A stretch of DNA of 53,947 nucleotides from Nemertoderma westbladi (lineage: Eukaryota > Animalia > Xenacoelomorpha): positions 1 through 53,947 of the forward strand of contig JAUCBJ010007308.1 of NCBI GenBank assembly GCA_032718475.1. The letters are read 5' to 3'. Each line of letters opens with the position of its first letter. The stretch's first letter is position 1. The translations under genes were made by a program, and so were the position numbers. Below are positions 9,887-22,141 of the stretch, one piece after another. Below the pieces are notes generated by a model. The model saw only the letters and a list, made by a program, of their open reading frames with translations. It did not search any database and was not told the DNA's origin.

Positions 9887-10707
9887 CTTAGGCCTATTGC
9901 AAATTTGAATCTGAAACATGTAAATATGAATGCGTCTTTTTAGGGTATGGTTGTATCCTATCGCTCGCTATAAGCTGATAAGTTCCACCAGCGGATGATC
10001 TTCCACAGTAAATCTTTCCACTCTGATTGCAAAGTTTACCGTCATCAGTCATCGTATCTGAAATATGTTAATAATGTATAAAGTCTCATTAAATGTAATA
10101 AATTATGGTGCGATCTTATTGATTTGATGGTTTGCCCTGCTCCACAGTTGTTCTGCACTAGAAAAATATACTGTAGGTACAATCGAATTAGCAGTCAGTG
10201 TAGGGCATAGGGCATGTCATCATCAAACTAACGCAAGTTGCGAGTGGCAGTCATTAACTCATTATAGGCCTAAACAAAACATATTGCAGATTGGGATTGC
10301 ATGTGGCATGATTATTGATAGTAGTAGGCCTACTACAGTACTGTATATTTGTACTTCAAACACAAATATTGCAGGGGAAGATACTGCAGTACTGTGAAAC
10401 GATTATCTTAGTCTAATATTAGTTCCGGGTACGAATTCCAGGGCGTAGGCCCTATGCAGCTATGTGTTGTGAGGTAAGGCAATACAGCAGTAAGGGAAGG
10501 GACGGTAGTAGAAGGGGGCGTGTGAGATAGAGATTACCACAGGCCACGGACAGGGGATATTTACATTTTATTATTCTGGAGTTACCGGTACAGGTAATTA
10601 TTTTTATTAAACATTACAAATTGAACTTCCTAGGCTGCTCCTGCCTCCTGCTAGGCACCGTCGACCAATTTCTGATATTTTTTACCCGATCTGCGAGGGA
10701 TACCGGT

Positions 10708-13221
10708 ATGGCAAACAATCGAAACTGCGGAATCTCTTTCCGCTCAGAGAAGATGTCCCGGATCCAACTATTTCTCCAACACGACGCGGCTTACGCTTGC
10801 ATCGCGGAATTCGGCGAGATTGGACTTATAGAATTCTCGGATCTGAACCTCTCTGTGAACGAATTTCAACGGAAATACATCAACGAAGTACGTCGTTGCG
10901 ATGAGATGGAGAGGAAGCTACGATACGTCGAGAAAGAGGCGCAGAAATGCATCCCGGAGGAGATTCGCGATATGGGAGAAGATCCGGAAACTCCGATGCC
11001 GAGCGAAATGTTCGACCTGGAACTCCAGTTCGAGAGACTAGACGACGAATTACGCGAGGCTAATTCCAACAAGGAGACCCTCAGCAAAAATAAACTCGAG
11101 CTAATGGAATTACTTCAGATACTCCGAGAGACTCAGGGTTTCTTTGCGGACGCGGAAATTGCATTGAATCCGGCGCCCCAAGGGTCGGAGGAGGGCCACA
11201 CGGACCCCGGCATCGACGCGCTATCACCCAAGTTCGGGTTCATCACCGGGGTTATCAGCAGGGAACGCCTCGCCTCGTTCGAGAGGATGTTATGGCGCGC
11301 GTGTCGGGGGAACGTGTTCCTCAGACAGGCCGCGATAGACCTTCCCTTGGTGGACCCCGTATCCGGCGAGGTTGTTGACAAATGCGTCTTCGTTATATTC
11401 TTCCAGGGCGAACAGCTGAGAACGAAAGTTAAGAAAATCTGCGAGGGTTACAAAGCGACTATGTATCCGTGTCCGGATAGTCAGAGTGAGAGGAAAGATA
11501 TGGCGGCCGGTGTGCTGACGAGGATAGAGGATATCCAGACGGTTCTGAGTCAAACAGAGGAGCATCAACGTCGTATTCTATCCGGGGCGGCCCGTAACAT
11601 CCGGGTTTGGTTTGCCAAAGTCCGCAAGATCAAGGCCGTCTACCACGTCCTAAACCTCTGCAACATCCAGAAAGCGATCGTCGCCGAGGGCTGGTGTCCC
11701 TCCAACGACATCGACTTGGTGCACGGTGCGGCGCGTCGAGGCACCGAGCGCAGTGGAACCGACATTCCCGCCATCATAAACACAATGGAGACGACGAAAA
11801 CGCCGCCGACTTACCATAAAACCAACAAGTTTACCTACGCCTTCCAGGCTATCGTCGACGCTTACGGTGTCGCCGACTACCGCGAGATCAACCCGGCTCC
11901 CTACGCCATCATCACCTTCCCCTTCCTATTTGCCGTCATGTTCGGCGACTTTGGCCACGGTTTAATCATGTTCCTATTCGCTCTCTGGATGATCCTAAAT
12001 GAGAAACGATTCAACGCCGAGAAAGGCGCCAGCGAGATTTGGTTAACGATATACGGAGGCCGTTACATCATCCTCCTCATGGGTCTCTTCAGCATCTACA
12101 CGGGGTTCCTTTACAACGACGCCTTCTCCAAGTCCGTCAACATCTTCGGCTCCTCCTGGAGCCTCGAGAACACCTTCACTGATATGAACGTGACCGCGAA
12201 CACGATCCTCACGACGCCCACCATCCAACTCAACCCTATCTACACCTACACGCCCAACTCGCCCTACCCGCTCGGGGTGGATCCCGTGTGGAATCTGTCC
12301 AAGAACAAGATCTCCTTTATGAACTCCTACAAGATGAAGCTCAGTGTCATCCTCGGCGTCGCCCAGATGATGTTCGGGGTCTTCCTCAGCCTCGCCAACC
12401 ACAGTTACTTCAATAACAAGATCAACATATTAGCCGAGTTTATCCCTCAGGTCATCTTCCTCACCTCCATCATGGGGTATCTCTGCGTTATGATCGTGAT
12501 AAAGTGGATTAAATTCGATGCGAGTGTCTCAGCAGTGGCGCCCAGTCTGCTGATCACTCTCATCGACATGTTCCTACTCAAGGCGCATCCACACGATCTC
12601 TACGCGGGTCAGTGGTACGTGGAGAAGATTCTTCTGGTTGTCGCTGTCCTCTGCATCCCCTGGATGCTGCTGCTGAAGCCGCTGGTGATCCGAGCCCAGC
12701 ACCGACGCTCGCGCCTTGTGCGCGGTATCTACACTCCGCAGTGTGCCGATACCACTCCGGTTCTAGCCGAGGATCATCAGCCGGACAGCGGAGATGATCT
12801 AGAGATTAGCTTCAAGGATGACACCGCGGTTGAGGAGGAGTTTGATTTCGGAGATATATTTATCCATCAGTGCATCCACACTATAGAGTTCTGTCTCGGT
12901 TGCATCTCCCACACGGCCTCCTACCTGCGTCTCTGGGCCCTCAGTCTCGCGCATTCCGAGCTCTCCGAGGTCCTCTGGAACATGGCCTTCCGAATCGGCC
13001 TCGCCTCGTCCTCCTACCTCGGCGCCGCTCTCTGTTTCGTTATCTTCGCGGCCTGGGCCGTCGGCACTGTCGTCATCCTCCTCGTTATGGAAGCCCTCTC
13101 GGCGTTCCTCCACACTCTCCGTCTCCATTGGGTTGAGTTCCAGTCGAAGTTCTATTCCGGGAACGGCAACCGTTTCCAGCCCTTTAGTTTTGTTGATATC
13201 CTCCAATCTGCCGATGACTAA
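10708..13221 (+). CDS. ATP6V0A: V-type proton ATPase 116-kDa subunit a (V0 a; ATP6V0A1/Vha100-like), intronless CDS
   Basis: Motifs FRSEKM, FQRKYINEVRRCDEMERKLRY, FERMLWRACRGNVF, PPTYHKTNKFT, YREINPAPYAIITFPFLFAVMFGDFGHG, NSYKMK, SHTASYLRLWALSLAH (essential Arg present) and LHTLRLHWVEFQSKFY. First in-frame ATG is at 10708; the track's 10621 start is a TTG. Confidence 0.97.
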   Translation: MANNRNCGISFRSEKMSRIQLFLQHDAAYACIAEFGEIGLIEFSDLNLSVNEFQRKYINEVRRCDEMERKLRYVEKEAQKCIPEEIRDMGEDPETPMPSEMFDLELQFERLDDELREANSNKETLSKNKLELMELLQILRETQGFFADAEIALNPAPQGSEEGHTDPGIDALSPKFGFITGVISRERLASFERMLWRACRGNVFLRQAAIDLPLVDPVSGEVVDKCVFVIFFQGEQLRTKVKKICEGYKATMYPCPDSQSERKDMAAGVLTRIEDIQTVLSQTEEHQRRILSGAARNIRVWFAKVRKIKAVYHVLNLCNIQKAIVAEGWCPSNDIDLVHGAARRGTERSGTDIPAIINTMETTKTPPTYHKTNKFTYAFQAIVDAYGVADYREINPAPYAIITFPFLFAVMFGDFGHGLIMFLFALWMILNEKRFNAEKGASEIWLTIYGGRYIILLMGLFSIYTGFLYNDAFSKSVNIFGSSWSLENTFTDMNVTANTILTTPTIQLNPIYTYTPNSPYPLGVDPVWNLSKNKISFMNSYKMKLSVILGVAQMMFGVFLSLANHSYFNNKINILAEFIPQVIFLTSIMGYLCVMIVIKWIKFDASVSAVAPSLLITLIDMFLLKAHPHDLYAGQWYVEKILLVVAVLCIPWMLLLKPLVIRAQHRRSRLVRGIYTPQCADTTPVLAEDHQPDSGDDLEISFKDDTAVEEEFDFGDIFIHQCIHTIEFCLGCISHTASYLRLWALSLAHSELSEVLWNMAFRIGLASSSYLGAALCFVIFAAWAVGTVVILLVMEALSAFLHTLRLHWVEFQSKFYSGNGNRFQPFSFVDILQSADD

Positions 13222-13547
13222 TTAAGTTATCACACTACTCCCAGTCGCAATTAATTAATAATTAATAACAATCATCAATAATAATATATTTAACGATGGT
13301 AATAATTTGTAACACAACTAGAACTAGTCACACACACACAACCATCGATGATCCACACTGAATTTACAATTTTCCCTTTAAATTTTGTTTTCACAGTTTC
13401 TTTCGTGAAATTCGCACCCGCACATTCATATCGTTGATATTAATCACACCGATCGCTATTTCGTGGTAGCATTATCAGCTTTGCATTTTCACCTCAGGTG
13501 TGAAATAGGTTCCCGCAGGGTTGAAAAAAATGTTACATATTCGAAGG

Positions 13548-13649
13548 TTTTTTAAACTTTAAAACGTTTTTTTTTTTAATTTTAAACTTTAAAACGTTTT
13601 TTTTTTTAATTTTAAACTTTAAAACGTTTTTTTTTTTAATTTTAAACTT
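13548..13649. repeat. 30-bp AT-rich tandem repeat, ~3 copies
   Basis: TTTAAACTTTAAAACG(T)nAATT repeated with a 30-bp period. Confidence 0.8.
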
Positions 13650-14920
13650 CATAATTATTGTAATCTGTTTAAAATTGTATTTATAAAATTGTTTCAAAGG
13701 CGAGATTTAAAATTCAGAGTCATCGTCGATTGTGTTTAACGAACTAGTTATGTGTCAAATTGGAATGAATATTATTAATATTTTTAGTCAAATTAAAGGG
13801 ATAGGTGACACAATCACTGTATTACTGGTCCCAGTGGGCTAGTTACTTAGACCGAAGTTCTTAAATCCACTCACTAAACTTAATTTATATTGGTTATTAC
13901 TAAATGTCAATAATGAATTATCCATTTAATTATAAGTTAAAAGTAATAATTGGTTTATGTCGTAATTTGTTATAATTTTCCATAATAATAATATTAGTGT
14001 ATCATTTTGTTTATATTATATTACCCTACCTACTTACGAACTTCATAAATTATATATCATTGATTTTTGATTCGTAACCTATAAATAGAGAGCCATATAG
14101 TTAGTTATCTGTAGTCAAGGTTATAAATACCGTAATTGTAATTATCTGCTGTAATTATAATGCAATCTTGCTGTTATATAATGTGCTATAATAAATAATT
14201 AATTATCCGAAAGTTTTGTGTTAAATAATTATGTTTAAACTTAAATTATGTACAGTAATTACTGTTTAATTAATAATTTATAATACTATCCGTGGTTCAT
14301 TCCCTCTCATAATTTTGCTATTTTTAATACGTTTTTACTATTTGATTTATCTTTATTAAACATTTAAATTGAATACCTAAATGCGAACTCGATATTATTT
14401 GCCGGTGTATAAAGTAGATTATTTAATTCTGTTATATATTTATATTATATACTTATCAAGGTAGTTTATTTTTGTAATTAATTACGTATTCGATCGCGCT
14501 AAACTTTTGTTTGTGTTTAAGTTATAATTTTCTCTATTTGAATTAAAGTCTGTAGTTTATTAAGTTAACGTAAAGTGCCTTTGAATGTCAGTTGGTTTTC
14601 ATGTGCCTGTCTTGCTTCCTCTGTTGTGATTAGTAAACATTAATCATTGTATTTATCAAATATAATTGTGTGTGATGATAATAATTAATATCAAAAGTTT
14701 TATTTATTTTATCGGTTATGGTTAGAACGCCTGTAATAATCACCCAGAGAGATTGTTACCTAAGATCAAAGATGCTTACAGTCTACACGTAACCTTAAAC
14801 ACTTAAACTGGTTGCGGAACAAGATATTTTTTATTATATTTGGTGGAAAAAACAAATGATTTTCACATTTGTTCTGAATGAGAATGCTTTACTTATGAGT
14901 AAACAATCGTCTCCCACAAC

Positions 14921-15080
14921 TACACCATGTCCCGGAATCAGTGTCGTTATTCAGGTACCTTCCCCCCCCCCCCCCCCCCCTCCCATATACACCATGTCCC
15001 GGAATATAGTGTCGTTATTCAGGTACCTTCCCCCCCCCCCCCCCCCTCCCATATACACCATGTCCCGGAATATAGTGTCG
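14921..15080 (+). repeat. ~67-bp tandem duplication with poly-C, probably the amplified end of a DNA-transposon remnant
   Basis: TACACCATGTCCCGGAAT..AGTGTCG occurs three times; the start resembles TA-CAC/CAG Tc1/mariner-type termini. No partner TIR was found. Confidence 0.55.
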
Positions 15081-16963
15081 CTTTATTCTTTAGCTACAAG
15101 CGTTTTAAAAAAGGTGTCTCCGTCGATATTGCACCAGTTACACCGCAGTTATTCTTCAAACATTTAGTGATTTGTTGGTATTAGTGGAAAGCTGAACGCG
15201 CAAGGATTCAAAATATGTAAAAACATTTGAATTTGGTTGGTAAATAGCTGAGTTATGGGCATTCGAATTTTGCATGTATTAGCTTCCACTGCAGGCCATT
15301 TATTCTATTAATAAATACACAATGTTCTAGAACATTTTGTTTATCTCAAAAGTAGCTTGGCAACAATGCAATGTAGTAGTAGTCTCGCACAAACAGTGCG
15401 CACCGCCACCCAAACTGGCTTTTAATATTTATATTAAAAGGTTTAAAACCTCACGTATGCTAATAATATTAAAACTGATAGAGCAATTTAAGTTATAATT
15501 GACTCCAGACACGCTTCCACGTTGTCCAACTTTGCCGTGAAGCTGACCGTCTCCGATCCATAAATTGATTTGATTAATTCCAAATGACTCAGCTCGATTG
15601 AATCCATAACGTTGGTACCAAGATCAGACATGAGAGTACAGGAGACGAGAGACATCATAGCCTCTTTTAAGAATTTTTTACTGGGCGGCACAGTCACTCG
15701 CCATGGCAAATTGTATGAGTGGGGGGGGGGGGGGGGGGGGGGGTGAATTTGATACACATTTTTAATGTGTGTGAACGAAAAACTATTAAGCATACTGTAA
15801 TATATTGTTTATTGACAATAATGGATATAATTTCTATAAGAAGCAACAACAGCAATACATAAATATTAAATTATAATAGAAAATGTGGCACCTATACCGG
15901 AAATTCATAGGTGGTTAAAACAGGTTTGAGAACAAAATTAATAATTATACAATTATTTCCGAATATTTTTAACAATAAGGCCATCTAGAAAGAAAATAAT
16001 AACATTAGATTACATTACACTAAAAATTAAATGAAACCAATAATAATTCAATTTATTGCATCATAAAATATAGCCATTTATATTTCAATATAATAGATGT
16101 AACATTAAATATACATTAATTCAATTACATGTACATACTGTATTACATTTACAATTTATATTTAATAGGTGAGAAAATGCCATACACAGCCCAATCAAAA
16201 ATTAATTAATTATCTATAAGGTAAGAAATAAAATTTAATAATTATATACTATTTGAAAAAACTGCTTTCTCTCTAAAAGTTTTACAAATTTATTAGTGAA
16301 ATAAAGTAACTTGTTTTCATTAAATTGCAAAATTATTGAAAATAAGTGTCTGATACCATTTGAAGGAAAGGAGCAGATTACAGAGGCTGCCGGCTTTTCT
16401 AACCAAAACAATAAACGATATTTCGATAACGGAACAAGCTATGAACAAACAGACTTCAGATTTGGAATTCTGATGAAATGTTGCTCTAGATGAAATGAAA
16501 AAAAAATCGGTATTAAGGATCGGGAGATTAAAATCGGTGGTAAGGTTATTAATGTGTAGAAAATAGGAGGTACCTGTAGTATGCACCAAATTTATTTGAG
16601 CCGGAAATTGTAATATTATAAAGCCAGATAGGGGGGGGGGGGGGGGGGGGGGAACTGGATGCAATAAAAATTCATCCCTCTCCAGGGGAAATTCGACGCA
16701 AATAACAGCTGATTACTCTCAAAAATAAAACTGTAAACTGTTTTGTTTAGTTTATTGTTTTGGTTAAAATAACATGCCACTGTAACCTGCTCCTTTCCCT
16801 AAATTGATAATTTAACTGAGGCGGGATATTAATTCGCCAAGATGGGATTTGCGTCCACTTCCCCTGTCTATATAAAGCTGTAAAAGTGCTAGATTATAAG
16901 ACTTGAATTTAATCTTATAATAATTATTTCTTTAATAAATAATTAAATTATTGTCGGCCAAAA

Positions 16964-17257
16964 TATACTCGCCCATGTGAAGAATTCCAGGATTTCACTT
17001 TTCGGTCGACTTTTTATTGGAATTTTATATATGAAGATTTTGTATTTTTTTTAATTTATCTTTATTAAGTGTTTTATAGCGCTAATTTCTGTCTTATAAG
17101 CTGTACATATACTAATTCGTTTATTGTTTTGGTTAGATTCAACCCGTCTGTAACCTGCGTTTTTTTTGTGAAAACCTGATATTCTTCACATGGGGGTAAC
17201 TGCAAAGTGAAATATAACGGCAGAAAGTCTGGTATTCTTCACATGGGCCTAAATATA
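16964..17257. mobile_element. MITE with terminal inverted repeats
   Basis: GCCCATGTGAAGAAT.CCAG (from 16971) pairs with CTGG.ATTCTTCACATGGGC (to 17248), flanked by TATA; an extra internal TTCTTCACATGGG copy lies near 17185. Confidence 0.6.
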
Positions 17258-18057
17258 CTTATTAAAAATAATATAATTAAATTTATAAGAAAAATAATAT
17301 CAGTATCATAAATAAATAAATAAATATACAGTATCATAAAAATCATTATTAAAACTTAATAATTATTCAGTATTATTAATAAAATAATAATAGTATTATT
17401 ATAATTATATCAAATTATTAATAAATGTACATAGACGAACCCCAATTAAGTAGTTAAACACTTAATTTTCAAAACCAATTTATTACATAATAAAGCAATG
17501 ATGCAATGTAAGCCCTGCCGTCTCGGGGTAGTTTATAATGACTAATAAACTTCTAAATCTCTCCTGAATACTAATAGTAACATACTGAAAACTGACTACT
17601 CTTAACAGGGGTAGGGGGTTAAAGGTGCCAGACAGGTAAGTATGGTGATAGCAAGCAGCCTTGGAAGTTGGAACTATCCAATATCCATCTGAGGCACCAA
17701 TTAACTGCAGTAAGCCTATCAGGAATCTATAGACATCTACACAATGATTGGACCAAAGGCGACCTTTACTAACATTAGTAAAGGTCGCATTGGGTTGGAC
17801 ACTGACTCATCCCTCCACTACTACTACTACTACTGTACTATGGCTATCACCCATTGAAGTCTCTGTGCTGTCAATCACTTATTCCTTTAGAAGTTTATGT
17901 AGGTACTTTACTGGGATTGATACATATTAGATTGGTCGCTGGCTGAGGCTAGTCCAGATATAATATATTAGGAAGGCACTCTGGCTGTGACTGGGCGGCA
18001 AATTGATTCAACTGGGCGGCACTTGTGCCGCCTAGTGGCAAAGTTAAACGAGGCTAT

Positions 18058-18295
18058 GCCGGGCATATAACCAAACTGTTCTTTAGGAATTTTGCTTGAT
18101 AACAAGTTCCTCAGCCGTTTCCCTACTAGGCTGGTGAATATTTTGTAAGCGTTGCATAGTAGCGAAATACCTCTATAATTGTCTGGGTCGGTGCGGGTGC
18201 CCTTTCCTTTATAGATGACTTTTGTAATGCTCGACTTCCAGCATTTGACTAGAGAACCGCTGTTTAAACAGATGTTGAACAAGGTCGTCCATAAT
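18058..18295 (-). pseudogene. Non-LTR (LINE) reverse transcriptase fragment
   Basis: LWTTLFNICLNSG...WKSSITKVIYKGKG...DPDNYRGISLLCNAYKIF...IPKEQFGYMPG, the typical N-terminal LINE RT motifs. Confidence 0.9.
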
Positions 18296-18303
18296 CGTTA
18301 ATA

Positions 18304-18810
18304 TGTTTAATCGTTAATATGATGGCGGATGACAATATTGCTTGGTACCGGTAATAGATTAATATACAGCCAATGTCGTTGACGGTGACGGTAAAACAAT
18401 ATTACCCGTCTGCACTGAAACTGGGTAACTAACTAAACTGAATCACAAACCGGTAGCAGGAGATAATATATGATTGATATACCAATATTACTTCACTCCT
18501 ACGCTACCTTGGCCTGTTACCTAATGGATGCTCTCCTTTGCCCTTATTGGCTAATACCCTACTTCTCACCCTTTCACTCTCTGGGAGTGTTTCCCCTCTG
18601 CTGCTAGCCTCTGCTAGCTGTGTCCCCTCCGAGGTGGTTTGACCTCTAACCTTCCTTTGTGTGTGGCTTCGGGGCTTGTGTTGCCCCCCCCCCCAAATGT
18701 TGGTTGTGATACGAGATTAATATTGCTAATCTCGTATCTCCAACATATTGCTGAAAATGCCACCATCCCATTTTCTGGTGGGTAATGAGGCGGAATTGAA
18801 TCCGCTTACA
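18304..18810 (-). repeat. 3' LTR of the BEL/Pao element (~507 bp), with PPT at 18811-18820
   Basis: The minus strand reads TGGGGGGGAG|TGTAAGCGG at 18810. The other end is taken as TGT at 18304, where LINE homology stops. Repeated at 27470-27945. Confidence 0.75.
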
Positions 18811-19499
18811 CTCCCCCCCATGCTATCTTCCCGGTGAGAAGATAGCATCAACTACAAGTGCGCTTCAATTCCGCTGGAACCCGATCTACTATCGGGTGTG
18901 GGGTGGAGTTCTTTTCTCGGAGTCGGCTTTCCAGGCCGCTCCCTCTGGGTATGATATTGCTACCCCTTCTTGGTGCAATCGCAACCTATGTTGCACCAAG
19001 ACATCTGACGTCTCTGTTCGAGACAATTGTGGACTCTTCACACAATTTTCAAAAACTCTCACTCCTGAATCTTACTCTCGACCTCTCTCTCCCTTACTCT
19101 TCCTCTCTCCCTGCTCGCTCCCCACACTTGAATTGCACCCGTCTCACATTCCTCACGCGCCAACACCTCCTCTCCATACTTCCCTCGTACTCCTCTCATA
19201 CTCCCCTCGGAACTTACCCCAGTCCATCGGCTTGTGGAAGACAAGCCTCATGAGCTGGCCCCATCGCCACTGCTTCGCAATGTCCCGTGCCCGCTCCGTG
19301 CTCCCCCCGGAACTTGCCCCAGTCCATCGGCTTGTGGCAGACAAGGCCCATGAGCTGGCCCATCCCCACTGCTCCACAATGTCCTGTGTTCTCTACCACT
19401 CCCAAAGTGCCAGTTTTCCTTAGTCTTACCCCTGTCTGTGCTATTATCCTATCTACCTCGCTACTTACTTCTTACCCTTCTACTTACTATATAACTCTC

Positions 19500-20060
19500 T
19501 TACTACTAACTCTATTAACTCTAACGGTACTATGTACCCTAATACTGCTACTACCTACATAATCCTACTACCTAATACCTACATACCACACCCTTCACTC
19601 TCTTACTACGTGGCGCTTTTGGTGCCCACAACCCCTCTGCTACTACTTCTATGGTATACCTACATACCATACCCTCTACTCTCTTTCTACGTGGCGCTTT
19701 CGGTGCCCACAACCCCTCTGCTACTACTTCTATGGTATATCTACATACCACACTCACTCTCTTTCTACGTGGCGCTTTCGGTGCCCACAACCTCTAACTC
19801 TCTCGGTACTATGTACCCTGCTACTCCGGTACTATGTACCCTGCTACTACTCGTGGTATGTCAATATACCACACTCCCTATCTTCTGCCTACTTCTAACT
19901 CTAACGGTACTATGTACCCTCCTACTCCCGTGGTATGTTTATATACCACACTCCCTAATTTCTGCCTACTTCTAACTCTAACGGTACTATGTACCCTCCT
20001 ACTCCCGATGGTATGTTTATATACCACACTCCCTAATTTCTGCCTACTTCTAACTCCTCC
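19500..20060. repeat. Two minisatellite blocks (~80-bp and ~78-bp units, ~3 copies each) in the element's 3' non-coding region
   Basis: CTACGTGGCGCTTTCGGTGCCCACAACC x3 and TCTAACTCTAACGGTACTATGTACCCT x3-4. Confidence 0.8.
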
Positions 20061-20263
20061 TCATTACTCTTACTAACTTCTACTAACTTATCTTACTACT
20101 ACTTACTACTCCCTAACTATCTACCTACTTTCTAACTTCTACTAACTATCTAACTTCTCTACTTATTTTATTATTTTATTTACTTATTATTTATTTTTAT
20201 ATTTTGTGTGGGAAGGGCGTCTCGCCCTCATTCCCACCCCCCTCAGTCCAACATATTGGACGA

Positions 20264-22141
20264 CTAAACTCTAAGGTGCCCCTTCTTCCAGCAGGCACTC
20301 TCCCACTGCCCCCCTGTACGTCCTCTTATCCTTCGCCACACTCTCCTTGCCAATTCCAACTCTCTAGGAATTGATTCTCCCTCCTCCACCACCCTAAAAT
20401 CGGGTCTTCCAGCCGCCTTCTTGATTTCCTCATGGTCCCCTGGCAGCAAAATGCCACCCTTCATCTTGTCGTCACCTGGCGGTAGAATGAAAAGAAATCG
20501 AAAGAATAGATAGAACAGAATGGATAATACTAATCCTATCCCTTTCCACCCTGTCTTCTTATTTGACCTCCCCCTTTTCGGTATGCCTCTCAACCGGACC
20601 GGCGTCTCCTCCGGACACTTCTCCGGACATCTCGCCGTCCACTCTTCTCCATCCTCATACCGATAGTTGCCGGGAACATCCTTGTTCCATCCCATCGTCT
20701 CTAAGTCTTCCGCGTCGAATCCATTCTCCTCCGCCCACTCTCTTGCTGTTACTTCCCCTCCTAACTTATCTACCGACGGTATTTCTCTGGAACTATCCTC
20801 TATCCTTTCACCACGCTCCACTATGCGTGGTTCCAGATCCATACCCAACTCCTGGTATCCTTCCCCGGGCCGCTTCTCACATGGGACCTCCCCATCGCCC
20901 GTCTCTGGTTTCTCCTCTACGTCCTTAACGGTGCCTGATAGCATGCACCCTGATGTCTCCGACACCCTGGATGGAATCTTGGTTTTAATTGGGCCGCTAA
21001 GCGTCCATCCGAACGGCGTGAGAATCGCCGTCGGATCCCGCTGCTTATTCTCTCCGAATATGGTCCTTACTCTCTCGTGGGCCGTCGGACAATCCATTCC
21101 GACTATGATGGATACCTTCGAGACGTCCACTTTCGGTATTGAGAAATCGATATCGTCCAGGAACCGGTATTGCTCGACCTCGATCTTAGTTGGTCTCCTG
21201 GCATTTATGTTGATCGATTCTATTATCTGAATGGGGTCGATGGTCGCCCCATAATCACATCCCGGTGCTATTGCTGATATCTCGCACCGTCCCGTCCTCA
21301 TCTCCAGGACCTCATCCTTACTCGAGATAGTAGTTACCGCCATCCTACTCGGCCTCGTCTGTAACCCTATCTCCTTGGCCACCCAATTCTCCACCAGCGT
21401 GAAGGCTGCTCCGCTGTCGACCAGCATCAATGTCGTGACTGATCGGCCGCCCTTTCCTGTTATCCTCACTGGTACTACCCCGAGTAGTACTTTCCTCTTT
21501 CTTCTTGCTCCCGTCGTGCTCGTAGCCATAGTTTGGCCTCCAGTCTCATCGTCTCCTATCGGTGTTTCTCTACACTCTCCGAATCTGTGTCCTTCTACCA
21601 CGCATCGATGACATAGTCCGTTTGTATCCGCGTAGGCTACACGATCTTGTTTAGGCAACGCTTGCCAATGCTTACAACTCATGGTCTTATGGGTTCCATC
21701 CCTATGCAATTGACATTCGTATCCTGGATTGTAGCGCTCCCTGTATAGCCCTTCACGTATTGCGCGTAGATTCATATCTACCAGTTTAGTGTTTTGGTTA
21801 TTTGGACTCGGCCTACTGGGTGTGTTGGGATTATATTTGTTCGTGTTGTTATTTTGTTTCTGTCCCTGCCACGGTGTGGCCCTACTCCCAGCTAACTGTG
21901 GGCTTGTAGTCCCCTGTGTGGCCGCGTGTGGTAGCGACTGTCTCACTCTCGGGAATGGATCTGCCGGATTATGTTCGGGTTTAGGCCTGTTGTATTCGGT
22001 CTTCGGCGCCTTCCCCAAACTATCCTCACTGTAGACTGGGTCTGTAATCAACTCTGCTTCGTAATTGAGGAAGTTCGACATTTCCTCTAGCCCGGTTCCG
22101 CACCTTTCTTCTCCCGGGTGGAGAAGGCGATCTTTCTCCAT
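20264..22141 (-). CDS. BEL/Pao Gag C-terminus, zinc knuckles and aspartic protease, ending in a degenerate integrase tail
   Basis: Knuckles CQLHRDGTHKTMSC and LCHRCVVEGHRFGEC; protease VVPVRI...LVDSGAAFTLV, SIIVGMD and PTAILTPFGWTLSGP. Tail IPRELELARRV plus SRPI in another frame (DUF5641-like). Confidence 0.85.
   Translation of the reverse strand: MEKDRLLHPGEERCGTGLEEMSNFLNYEAELITDPVYSEDSLGKAPKTEYNRPKPEHNPADPFPRVRQSLPHAATQGTTSPQLAGSRATPWQGQKQNNNTNKYNPNTPSRPSPNNQNTKLVDMNLRAIREGLYRERYNPGYECQLHRDGTHKTMSCKHWQALPKQDRVAYADTNGLCHRCVVEGHRFGECRETPIGDDETGGQTMATSTTGARRKRKVLLGVVPVRITGKGGRSVTTLMLVDSGAAFTLVENWVAKEIGLQTRPSRMAVTTISSKDEVLEMRTGRCEISAIAPGCDYGATIDPIQIIESININARRPTKIEVEQYRFLDDIDFSIPKVDVSKVSIIVGMDCPTAHERVRTIFGENKQRDPTAILTPFGWTLSGPIKTKIPSRVSETSGCMLSGTVKDVEEKPETGDGEVPCEKRPGEGYQELGMDLEPRIVERGERIEDSSREIPSVDKLGGEVTAREWAEENGFDAEDLETMGWNKDVPGNYRYEDGEEWTARCPEKCPEETPVRLRGIPKRGRSNKKTGWKGIGLVLSILFYLFFRFLFILPPGDDKMKGGILLPGDHEEIKKAAGRPDFRVVEEGESIPRELELARRVWRRIRGRTGGQWESACWKKGHLRV

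Noticed and set aside
10621-10707. N-terminal extension of V-ATPase a from the TTG start
   Set aside because: Non-ATG start overlapping a likely intron/UTR; homology begins after the ATG at 10708.
15488-15793. Minus-strand ORF with coding-like composition
   Set aside because: No recognisable homology, and it is interrupted by a poly-G tract; it may be an orphan exon but cannot be supported.
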